Source of the DNA: Candidatus Eiseniibacteriota bacterium
GTDB lineage: Bacteria > Eisenbacteria > RBG-16-71-46
Reading direction: 5' to 3'
Length of the DNA: 28,387 nucleotides
Assembly: GCA_963725865.1 (NCBI GenBank)
Contig: CAVSAC010000007.1
Coordinates: forward strand, 1 to 28,387
Shown here: positions 1-8,289 of the stretch, one piece after another
How positions within the stretch are numbered: the first letter of the stretch is position 1
Layout: each line of letters starts with the position of its first letter
Notes under the pieces: generated by a model
What the model was told of the DNA's origin: nothing
Seen by the model: the letters and a program-made list of their open reading frames with translations, nothing else
Database searches by the model: none
Program-made: the position numbers and the translations under genes

Positions 1-924
1 CGCGAGGGCGCGAACAGCGCCGGCGGCTTCGTCGAGGAGCAGCTCGAGTTCGCCGAGCACTGGTCGGCCCGGCTCGCGGCGCGCTGGGACGCGCTGTGGT
101 ACATCGCCGAGGACTACATCGACCCGACCCTCGACGCGACCAAGATGTTCAAGCGCGTCACCCCGAAGGGCTCGCTCTCGTATCGCGCCGGCGCGCACAC
201 CGTCTATGCCTCGCTCGGCGGCGGCGTGGAGGCCCCCGCGTTCGACGAGATCGACACGCCGCCCTACGATGCGACCACCGCGCTCAACCCGTTCCTGGAG
301 CCGATGCGCTCGGTGACCTACGAGCTGGGCGCCAAGGGCACGGCGCCGGCGGCCGCGCTCGGCCGGGTGCGGTACGACGCCACGCTCTACTGGATCGATG
401 TCACCAACGACATCGTGCCCTTCGGCGGCGGCGCCTACTTCCGCACCGCCGGCAAGTCGCGGCGCAAGGGCGCGGAGCTGGGTCTGGACTGGATGCCCGC
501 GGTCACCGGGCTGTCGCTGGGCGGCACGGTGAACCTGTCGGACAACCGCTACGTCGACTACACCAACGACCTCGGGGACTACGCGGACCACAAGGTCCCG
601 GGCCTGCCGGATGCGTCGTTCACCGCGAACCTGCGCTACGAGTCGAGCGTGGGCGTGTACGGCCAGTTGGGGGTCGAGCACGCCGGCGGCTACTTCGCCG
701 ACGATGCCAACTCGGTCAGCACGCGTGCCTACACGCTCCTCAACGGCACCGTGGGCTACGCGCACACCGCCGGCCTCTACCAGGTGCGCGCGTTCGTGGG
801 CGGCAACAACCTCACCGACCAGGATTACGACGCGTCGGTGTTCATCAACGGCGTCAGCAACAAGTTCTTCGAGCCGGGCCTGCCTCAGAACTGGGTGGCC
901 GGCCTGACCCTGCGGGGCTTCTAG
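1..924 (+). CDS. TonB-dependent outer-membrane receptor, C-terminal beta-barrel part (5' truncated by the window)
   Basis: Open frame from position 1 to TAG at 922-924. It has amphipathic beta-strands, 'TYELGAKG', 'KGAELGL', 'NNLTDQDY' and a terminal 'AGLTLRGF' ending in Phe. Confidence 0.9.
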   Translation, partial: REGANSAGGFVEEQLEFAEHWSARLAARWDALWYIAEDYIDPTLDATKMFKRVTPKGSLSYRAGAHTVYASLGGGVEAPAFDEIDTPPYDATTALNPFLEPMRSVTYELGAKGTAPAAALGRVRYDATLYWIDVTNDIVPFGGGAYFRTAGKSRRKGAELGLDWMPAVTGLSLGGTVNLSDNRYVDYTNDLGDYADHKVPGLPDASFTANLRYESSVGVYGQLGVEHAGGYFADDANSVSTRAYTLLNGTVGYAHTAGLYQVRAFVGGNNLTDQDYDASVFINGVSNKFFEPGLPQNWVAGLTLRGF

Positions 925-1409
925 CCGGGCCCGCACGCGTCCGCGGACCAGGCGCGGCGGCGGGACGTGACGCGAGCGGGCCAGAGAGATCCTCCGGCCC
1001 GCTCCGTCATCCGCTCGTCTCCCCGACCGACAAGTGAGCGGAGGTGGGACCACTTCGACCGACCGGCCCCCGATTACGATCGACCTCCGCGGGCCCGGCC
1101 ATCCGCCCCTTGCCTGTCGTCGTCGAGCCTTCAGGGCCTCGTCGGACAGCCATCGCAATCCGCGGGCCATGCGCTGTGCTCCGCGCACCCGGTGCTCAGC
1201 GCGTTGTCGGACAACGAAAGCGCCTCCAGTTGCGGTGCCCCGGGCGGTCCAGCGTGTCGAGGTCGCGGGCGTCGACGTCGGTGGTCGGACGAAGGCCGAG
1301 CGGCTCGGTCCCGCTGTCGCCGACTCCGCCTCTGCCAGCCCCGGTCCAGCCCCCGGCGCAGAGCCGGGCATCCGGCCCGAGTGGTCGACGGGGCCCCGGA
1401 CGAACCCCC

Positions 1410-1439
1410 TTGACGCGCTGCACACTCGTGCAGTAGGGT
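1410..1439 (+). promoter_or_regulatory. sigma70-type lexA promoter with a palindromic operator (putative LexA box) in the spacer
   Basis: TTGACG (1410-1415), 18-nt spacer, TAGGGT (1434-1439). A perfect inverted repeat CTGCAC-ACTC-GTGCAG lies at 1418-1433. Confidence 0.75.
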
Positions 1440-1489
1440 CCGCGAGTGCCAGGTCCAATGTGGACCTCCAGAGACGAGAGGTGCGAAGC

Positions 1490-2074
1490 ATGACCAACGA
1501 AAGTCGCGCGAGATCCTCGCCTTCATCCAGCGCTCCCGCGCGAGCGCGGGTCTGCGCCGACCATTCGCGAGATCGGCGAGCGCTTCCGGATCTCGCTCCA
1601 CGAACGGCGTTCGCTACTACCTCAAGCTGCTCGAGAAGGCCGGCTACATCCACCGCAACCGGAAGATCTCGCGCGGCATCGGCCGCGGCGGGCGGGCGGC
1701 CTCCGGGCATCCCGCTGCTCGGTCGCGTCGCCGCGGGCCAGCCGATCCTCGCCGAGCAGAACGCCGGCAGCCCTCGACATCAACGACCTCTTCGGCCAGA
1801 CCGAGGACCTGTTCGCGCTGCAGGTGCGCGGCGACAGCATGATCGACGCCGGCATCCTCGAGGGCGACTACGTCATCGTGCGCAAGCAGGAGACCGCGCG
1901 CGCCGGCGAGATCGTGGTCGCGCTGATCGAGGACGAGGCCACCGTGAAGCGTTACCAGCCCCGGCGCGGCCACATCGAGCTCGTGGCCGAGAACCCGAAG
2001 TACGCGCCCATCGTCGGTCGATCGCCGATTCCGCAGCTTCCGTGTGCTCGGCACCGTTCGCGGTCGTGCGCTGA
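1490..2074 (+). CDS. lexA: SOS repressor LexA (reconstructed across several frameshifts)
   Basis: HTH pieces 'EILAFI', 'PTIREIGE', '[20 protein letters not shown]'. Cleavage site '[12 protein letters not shown]', catalytic Ser '[11 protein letters not shown]' and Lys 'EATVKR'. GAGGTG RBS precedes ATG 1490. Confidence 0.95.
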   Translation: MTNESRARSSPSSSAPARARVCADHSRDRRALPDLAPRTAFATTSSCSRRPATSTATGRSRAASAAAGGRPPGIPLLGRVAAGQPILAEQNAGSPRHQRPLRPDRGPVRAAGARRQHDRRRHPRGRLRHRAQAGDRARRRDRGRADRGRGHREALPAPARPHRARGREPEVRAHRRSIADSAASVCSAPFAVVR

Positions 2075-2144
2075 CGTGTAGCTTCGGCACCGACGCACGG
2101 GCCGCATCGATTCGGGGCGGCTACTAAGCGCAAGACACCGAGAG

Positions 2145-2168
2145 CGGGAGCGCGGGCTCCCGGTTTTT
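2145..2168 (+). terminator. intrinsic terminator-like hairpin downstream of lexA
   Basis: CGGGAGC-gcgg-GCTCCCG stem-loop followed by GTTTTT. Confidence 0.6.
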
Positions 2169-2182
2169 CACCCGCCGCATGG

Positions 2183-2196
2183 TGCACATTTGTTCA
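2183..2196. promoter_or_regulatory. second putative LexA box upstream of the TnpA-like gene
   Basis: TGCAC-ATTT-GTTCA, with 9/10 arm positions identical to the lexA promoter palindrome. It lies 11 nt before the AGGAGG RBS (2208-2213). Confidence 0.6.
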
Positions 2197-2220
2197 ACGA
2201 TCCCCGCAGGAGGAATCACC

Positions 2221-2673
2221 GTGGAGCTCGATATGGCTCCCCAGTGCAGGAGGCTCTGAAGGACTGGGAGCCGGTGTACCGCAGCCAGCTCCACTACCTC
2301 GTCACGTGGAACACGCGGGGCGCCGTCCGGTGCTGAAGGAGCGCCATGTGGACGCGCTGCAGGCGCTGATCCGCCGCACCTGCGACGAGCGCGAGTTCGA
2401 GCTGGTCGAGGTGGTGGCGGGTCAGGACCACGTGCACCTCGTCCTGGCGCTGCGCCCCTCGCAGAGCGTGGCCAGCGCGGTGCGCGAGCTCAAGGGCCGC
2501 ACGAGCCTGGACCTGATGCCGAGCCTCCCCGAGCTGCGCGTGTGGCTGGGCGGCAACCTGCTCTGGGACGAGCGCTACACGGTCGAGACCGTGAGCCCGG
2601 CGCGGCTCGAGCGCGTGCGGGAACGTCTGCGAACGCTCCACGCGCCGACGACGATCTCGCACAGGCGAGTTAG
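2221..2673 (+). CDS. IS200/IS605 TnpA (Y1 HUH transposase)-like protein lacking the catalytic Tyr, stand-alone
   Basis: Reconstructed '[16 protein letters not shown]...[37 protein letters not shown]...[13 protein letters not shown]'. The HUH motif is HVH at 2429-2437. Strong RBS plus GTG 2221. The stop is 2673 or 2689 depending on an indel. Confidence 0.8.
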
Positions 2674-2716
2674 CGGGGAGAGCAGGTAGCGGAGCAGAGG
2701 GCACCGGGGCGGCCGA

Positions 2717-3532
2717 CTAGCGCTGCATCTCGAGGATGATGTGCCGCCCCGGCGTCTCCCTGCCGTCATCTCGCCGCGCGGCCGTGGCCGCGCGCGGCGG
2801 GATCGCCGCCCTCGCGCAGGTGCCCGATGCGGCCAGCGCGGGTGTCGCCGGGCTGCTCGCCTGCATCGGCTCCGGCTCGCGGATCCCGAGCCAGTGCCCC
2901 GAGCGCTTCTGCTTGGTGGCAGGTAGCTCTGGTTGTGGCGGTTCGCCGGAGCGATCAGCGGCAGGCGCCCCGTCACCTTGACGCCGTGCTCGCGCAGCCC
3001 CTCGACCTTGGCGGGGTTGTTCGTCATCAGCACCACGCTGCGCACGCCCAGAGCCGCGAGCATGTCGGCCGCGACCGAGTAGTCGCGCTCGTCGTCGCCG
3101 AACCCGAGCAGGTGGTTCGCGTCGACCGTGTCGTGCCCGTGGTCCTGCAGGGCGTACGCGCGGATCTTGTTGGTCAGGCCGATGCCGCGGCCTTCCTGTC
3201 GCAGGTAGAGCACCACGCCCGCGTCGAGCTGGCCGATGGACTCGAGCGCGGCGGTGAGCTGGTCACGGCAATCGCAGCGCAGCGATCCGAGCACGTCGCC
3301 GGTCAGGCACTCGGAGTGGACGCGCGTCGCACGCGCGCAGGTCGCGCACGGTGCCGCGCACGATCGCGAGGTGCTCGTTGCCGTCCGCGTCGGGCGTGAA
3401 CGCCACGGCGCGGAAGTCGCCGAACCGGGTCGGCAGCTCGGCGACCGACACGATGCGGAGCGGCTGCCCGGGCGTGGTGAGGTTCTGCGCGACGCGGTCC
3501 GTCGTCGGGTCGGTGGGGCTGATCGGACGCAT
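2717..3532 (-). CDS. ribA: GTP cyclohydrolase II (frameshifted in this sequence)
   Basis: '[10 protein letters not shown]', 'EHLAIV', '[23 protein letters not shown]', '[22 protein letters not shown]', 'LMTNNPAK', '[10 protein letters not shown]'. Confidence 0.95.
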
Positions 3533-3632
3533 GACTGGGTCTCCGTGGGGGGTTCCGTGGGTGGCGTTCTCTAGATGCGTCACACCCCGCCGGAGACTCG
3601 TGACTTCTTGTCCAGGGATCGGGCCGCTACAC

Positions 3633-4637
3633 TCAGGCGCGCTCGGCCTGCGCCGGGCCTGACTCCGGCGTGACGCTGGATGCGAGCGCCGCCGCCGCAA
3701 GGACCATCCCCGCCCCCAGCCACTGCACCGGGCGCAGGCCCTCGCCCAGGAGCAGCGCGGAGGCCACCACCGCGACCACCGGTTCGAGCGTGGCGATCAC
3801 CCCGGCCTCCGCCGGCGGCAGCCGGCGCAGCCCCGCGTTGAAGAGCGAGAACGGCACCAGGGTCGAGAACACGCCGAGGCCGAGGAACATCCACCACAGC
3901 GATGCGTCGAAGTGCGCGCCGAGGATGCGCGACGGCGGCAGCACGATCATCCAGAACAGCGCCGCCACCAGGAAGGTGTGGAACAGCACGGTCTCCGAGG
4001 CGTAGCGCCTCAGCCCGCGCTTCGAGCGGATGATGTAGAAGGCGAAGATGAACGCGGACAGGAACGAGATCACCCAATGCACCGGCCGGGCGCCGCGCGC
4101 CGCCGGGTTGACCTCGCCGACCAGCAGCGCCGTGCCGGCGAGCGCCGCCACCACCGCGGCGATCATGAGCGGTCCGGGCCGACGCCCGCGCAGCGCGTCC
4201 CACGCCACGATCAGGGACGGGGCGAGGTACTGGATCAGGATGGCGAGCCCGACGCCGAGCGTGGAGATCGAGACGTAGTACGTGCTCTGCAGCGCCGCGA
4301 CGCCGAAGAGCCCGAGCGTGACGAAGTAGCCGATGTCGGCGCGCTGGATGCGCAGCGCGGCCGGCCGCCGCAGCGCGAGCCACGCGCCGAGGATGCTGAC
4401 CGCGAACACCAGCCGCAGCTCGACGGCGACCAGGGGCGGGACCTGCCGGTCGCGGAACACGTAGCGCGCGAGTGTGGCCGAAAGCCCCCAGAACAGGGTG
4501 GCGCCGAACACCAGCCAGCGCCCGCGCGCACGGTGCGCGACCGGATCGAGCGGGGCACCGGGCGCGGCCGCGGCGCCCGCGACATCCCGCGCGGGCCCGC
4601 TCGCTTCCGGCGTCCGCGGGCCACGACCGGAGCTCAT
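3633..4637 (-). CDS. EamA/DMT family transporter
   Basis: Intact 334-aa ORF with about 10 hydrophobic helices, 'ATLFWGLS', 'LIQYLAP' and 'IATLEPVVA...LLGEGL'. Confidence 0.9.
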   Translation of the reverse strand: MSSGRGPRTPEASGPARDVAGAAAAPGAPLDPVAHRARGRWLVFGATLFWGLSATLARYVFRDRQVPPLVAVELRLVFAVSILGAWLALRRPAALRIQRADIGYFVTLGLFGVAALQSTYYVSISTLGVGLAILIQYLAPSLIVAWDALRGRRPGPLMIAAVVAALAGTALLVGEVNPAARGARPVHWVISFLSAFIFAFYIIRSKRGLRRYASETVLFHTFLVAALFWMIVLPPSRILGAHFDASLWWMFLGLGVFSTLVPFSLFNAGLRRLPPAEAGVIATLEPVVAVVASALLLGEGLRPVQWLGAGMVLAAAALASSVTPESGPAQAERA

Positions 4638-4653
4638 GCCCGGCCGACGCGCA

Positions 4654-6045
4654 CTAGAGCAGCCGGCGCCGCACCAAGCTGAGGGTGCGACGTGACTCGC
4701 CGCGCTTCACCACCAGCGTGACGGTCGAGCCGGGAGGGCCCTCGAGCCGGCGCAGGAAGTCGATCACCTCCATGGCGCGCGCGTCCTCGCCGTCGAGCGA
4801 CTCGACCTCGTCGTCTGCAGCGATGCCCGCCTCCTCGGCCGGCGTGCCCTCGGCCACCGCGACCACGCGCATCGCGCCCTCGACGCGCTCCACCTGGATG
4901 CCGATGTGGGAGTACTCGTTCGGACGCGCATCGCGCCCCACCGCGACCGGGTCGAGCCACACCAGTCGCCGCGCGAAGTCGATGGCCACCCGGTGATGGC
5001 GCAGATACGAGTACCCGAGCAGGCCGTGGATGGGTTCGCCGATGGCGCGCGACAGCACCTCGGACAGCTCGCCCTCCATCACCGCGGCATCCATGTCGGT
5101 GACGCGCGCCGCTCCCGAGCTGGCCTCGAGGCTCATGCGCGGCACACGGATCACGCGCGCGGCGGTGCTGCCGAGGAGCGTCGGCGCGGTGAGGCCGCGC
5201 AGCGCCGGCCAGCGCGCGGCATGCGGCGCCGCACGGCTGAACGCGGGATCGAAAAACACCGTCTTGGACGCGCCGGTGTCGAGCACCAGCGTGAGCGCGC
5301 CGCTGCGCGCGCGCCCATCCGCCTCCTCCACGCGGGCACGCACCAGGAGCTTGCCATCACCGGCGAGCCGGAACGCCACCGCGCGCGCGTGTGCCGACAG
5401 ACCAGGCACCTGGCGTCGCGATGCCGCGAGCGCGCTCTCGCCCGCACGCGCCGCCCCGGCGGGCACGAGGGCCATGATGCCGCTCTGGTAGTCGAGGCAG
5501 ACGATGAATGGCGCGAGCGGCCGCTCGCCGAGCAGGCCCAGAACGCCCCGGTCGGTGACGCGCCGCACCACGTCGGCATCCACCGTGAGCACCGGCGCGA
5601 TCTGATCGAGCTGGGCATCCGCCAGCGTGAGGCGCGAGAGAGGATGCGGCGCGAGCTCCAGCGCGCCGGGCGCCACCAGCGTGTCGGTGAGCCCGAGCGC
5701 GAAGGCGACCTGGCGGTCGAGGGCGAGGTAGCCCGCGCCGGTGTCGACGACGAGGTCGCCGGTGGTGTCGCGGCCGTTCGCACCGCGCAGCGTCCCGTGG
5801 ACGAGGAGGATCCCGTCGAGGTCCTCGGCCGGGAGCAGTTGCGTGCCTTCGGGCCAGGCGCGTGCAGCGGCCGCCGGCCTGGCGTCAGCACTGCCAGCGG
5901 TGACCGCGAGGCTCAGCAGGACTGCAGCGAGCGCGTTCGTCGCCGCGTGTAATCTAGATAGCAAATTGTGCCACTTTGAGATATACGATTTCGTATTGGC
6001 CATTGGACATGCTCCGGCGCGGCCCGGAGCACGCGCCGGACTCAT
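4654..6045 (-). CDS. secreted protein with two retropepsin-like aspartyl protease domains and a C-terminal PDZ domain
   Basis: 'LVVDTGAG' and 'LVLDTGAS' motifs, 'GLLG' flap partners, PDZ 'HIGIQV...GTPAEEAGI..DDEV..LDG', and a hydrophobic signal segment. The start is uncertain (6045, 6003 or later). Confidence 0.85.
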   Translation of the reverse strand: MSPARAPGRAGACPMANTKSYISKWHNLLSRLHAATNALAAVLLSLAVTAGSADARPAAAARAWPEGTQLLPAEDLDGILLVHGTLRGANGRDTTGDLVVDTGAGYLALDRQVAFALGLTDTLVAPGALELAPHPLSRLTLADAQLDQIAPVLTVDADVVRRVTDRGVLGLLGERPLAPFIVCLDYQSGIMALVPAGAARAGESALAASRRQVPGLSAHARAVAFRLAGDGKLLVRARVEEADGRARSGALTLVLDTGASKTVFFDPAFSRAAPHAARWPALRGLTAPTLLGSTAARVIRVPRMSLEASSGAARVTDMDAAVMEGELSEVLSRAIGEPIHGLLGYSYLRHHRVAIDFARRLVWLDPVAVGRDARPNEYSHIGIQVERVEGAMRVVAVAEGTPAEEAGIAADDEVESLDGEDARAMEVIDFLRRLEGPPGSTVTLVVKRGESRRTLSLVRRRLL

Positions 6046-6411
6046 CGCGGCTCGCGACCGCGACTGAAGTCCGAGCCGATCTCGACGCCTTCGGAGCCGC
6101 TCTCGAGCATGGTGCAGCGGCCGGTGAAGAAGACGCCCTGCTCCATGACCACGCTGATCGCCGCGACGTCGCCCTCGACGCGCGCGCCCGGTCTTCATCT
6201 CGATGGTCCCGAGTGCGCGGATGTTGCCGATCACGCGCCCACGCACCAGCGCTTCGCGGACTTCGACGTCGGCGCGCATCACGCCGTGCTCGCCGATCTC
6301 GAGGCGCTCGCAGTTGAGGATGTCGCCCTCGAACTCGCCGTCGATCCGCAGCGTGCCCGTGACCATGAGCGTGCCGCGGAAGCTGGAGCCCACGCCGATC
6401 ACGGTGTTCAC
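6042..6411 (-). CDS. bactofilin (polymer-forming cytoskeletal protein), one frameshift
   Basis: '[30 protein letters not shown]...IGEHGVMRADV...V.GRVIGNI' continues as 'ARVEGDVAAISVVMEQGVFFTGRCTM'. The true start may be about 25 nt further upstream. Confidence 0.9.
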
Positions 6412-7379
6412 GGCTGGTCGGCGTCGCGACGGCTCGTCTGTGCCTCCGAGTCGGCACGTGCAGCGCCCTGCGCGCCAGCTTCAGTCCGGCCAGTGGCGGG
6501 CCGGCCACAGAGCACACCCCAGGCCTCGAGCAGCCGCTCGAGGTCTTCCTGGCTGTAGAACTCGAACTCCACCTTGCCGCCCTTGCGGCCTGGCGTGATG
6601 CCGACGTGGGTGCCGAAGCGCTGCTGGAGCTTGGTCTCCCACTCCCGAAGCCCATCGAGCCTTCGTGCGCCTTGGGCCGCGTGTGGGCTTACGCTGCCGG
6701 CGCCGCACGAAGGCCTCGGTGCGCCGGACCGAGAACCCCTTGCTGCATGACGTACCGAGCAGCGGCCAACTGGTCCGCGCCAGTCTCGATGCGAGAGAAT
6801 GCGCTCGGGCATGCCCAGCGGAGAGTGTTCCACGTGAAACCATGTCCATGACCTCGGCCGGCAGCGCAGAGCAGGCGGAGCGAGTTCGTGATCGAGGTGC
6901 GCTGCTTGCCCGACGCGCTCGGAGAGCTGGTCGTGGGTCAGTCCGACCTTGTCGATGAGCGCCTGGAAGGCCCTGCGCCTCGTCGATCGGGTTCAGGTCC
7001 TCGCGCTGGATGTTCTCGATCAGCGCCAGCTCCATCATCTCGCGATCGTCGAACTCCCGGACGATCGCCGGGATCCGGTCGAGCCCGGCCAGCTGGGCGG
7101 CGCGCAGTCGGCGCTCGCCGGCGACGAGCTGGTAGTCGCCCGCGCCAGCCCTGCGGACGATGCATCGGCTGGAGCACGCCGCTCGCCTGATCGAGTCCGC
7201 CAGCTCCTTGAGCGGCTGCCTCGTCGAACCGCGTGCGCGGCTGGAATGGGTTCGGCGGCGATGTCGTCGATCGCCAGCTCGCTGCACGCCCGTCCTGGCG
7301 ACGCGCCCTCGGCGCTCGCGGTGGCAGTTGCGCCCGGGATCAGGGCCTCGAGACCTCGTCCGAGCACTTTCCTAGTCAT
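6408..7379 (-). CDS. parB: chromosome partitioning protein ParB (frameshifted; the 3' end may be nearer 6510)
   Basis: '[15 protein letters not shown]', 'LKELADSI', '[18 protein letters not shown]', '[19 protein letters not shown]', 'LSAGHAR', '[17 protein letters not shown]'. Confidence 0.95.
6826..6841. promoter_or_regulatory. parS site inside parB
   Basis: TGTTCCACGTGAAACC, a 15/16 match to the universal TGTTNCACGTGAAACA consensus. Confidence 0.9.
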
Positions 7380-8140
7380 GGTTCGATGACCTCCCGCGCG
7401 AGCTCCCGGTAGCTTTCGGCGCCGGTGCTGTGTGGGTCGTAGAGAACGATGGGCTTGCCGAAGGACGGCGCCTCGCTCAGTCGCACATTCCTGGGGATGA
7501 CGGTCTTGTAGACGCGCTCGGCGAAGAACTTCCGGGCTTCCTCGGCGACCTGCTGGGAGAGGTTGAGGCGCGCGTCGAACATGGTCAGCAGCACACCCTC
7601 GATCCGCAGCGACGGGGTTGAGATGGTCCTGGACCAGCCGGATCGCGCCGATCAGCTGGGTCAGCCCCTCGAGCGCGAGGTACTCGCACTGGAGCGGGAT
7701 GAGCACGGAGTCCGAGGCAGTCAGCGAGTTCACCGTCAGCAGGCCCAGCGACGGCGGGCTGTCGATCAGCACGTAGTCGTAGTCGTCGCGCGACCTTCGC
7801 CGAGGCAGGTCTTGCAGCCGGGTCTCGCGCGCCATCATCCCCACCAGCTCGACCTCGGCGCCCGACAGCCGCTGTCCCGCCGGCAGCAGGTCGAGCGTGG
7901 CGAGCGCGGTGGGCATGACGGTCTGCTGGAGCTCCGCCTGGCCGATCAGGACCTCATAGGTCGAGAGCCGCTGGTCGTTGCCGTTGATGCCGAGCCCGCT
8001 CGTAGCAGTTTCCCTGCGGATCGATGTCCACGAGCAGCACGCGCCTGCTCTCCTGCGCCAGGCAGGCGCCGAGATTGATCGCTGGTGGTGGTCTTGCCTA
8101 CGCCACCCTTCTGGCTGGCGATCGAGATGACGCGTCCCAT
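7376..8140 (-). CDS. parA: chromosome partitioning ATPase ParA/Soj (frameshifted)
   Basis: '[18 protein letters not shown]', '[20 protein letters not shown]', '[13 protein letters not shown]', '[16 protein letters not shown]'. The stop overlaps the parB start (ATGA). Confidence 0.96.
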
Positions 8141-8212
8141 TCCCTGTCTGCGTGCGGGCCGAAGGCGGCCCTTATGAGTGAGGTGATCTGCGGGGGGCTG
8201 TGTGGTGCGGGG

Positions 8213-8241
8213 AAGATAGCAACCGGTCGCGGGAGCGACAA
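8213..8241 (-). promoter_or_regulatory. putative sigma70 promoter of parAB
   Basis: Minus strand TTGTCG-N17-TATCTT with an extended -10 TGn. Confidence 0.55.
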
Positions 8242-8247
8242 GGACGA

Positions 8248-8263
8248 TGTTCCACGTGGAACC
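8248..8263. promoter_or_regulatory. parS site between rsmG and parA
   Basis: TGTTCCACGTGGAACC, with a perfect 14-bp palindromic core GTTCCACGTGGAAC. Confidence 0.92.
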
Positions 8264-8289
8264 AGTCCTTTCGAATCAGCGCATCACGC

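Noticed and set aside
2298..2313. parS-like sequence CTCGTCACGTGGAACA in the TnpA-like gene
   Set aside because: Only the right half matches, and it is explained by the codons for LVTWNT.
2100..2720. Active IS200/IS605 element
   Set aside because: There is no catalytic Tyr, no tnpB and no matching right-end hairpin. The one hairpin has a T-tail and fits a lexA terminator.
4654..6411. 585-aa bactofilin-protease fusion
   Set aside because: The bactofilin C-terminus continues in another frame to a TGA at 6042 overlapping the next ATG, so the fusion arises from one frameshift.
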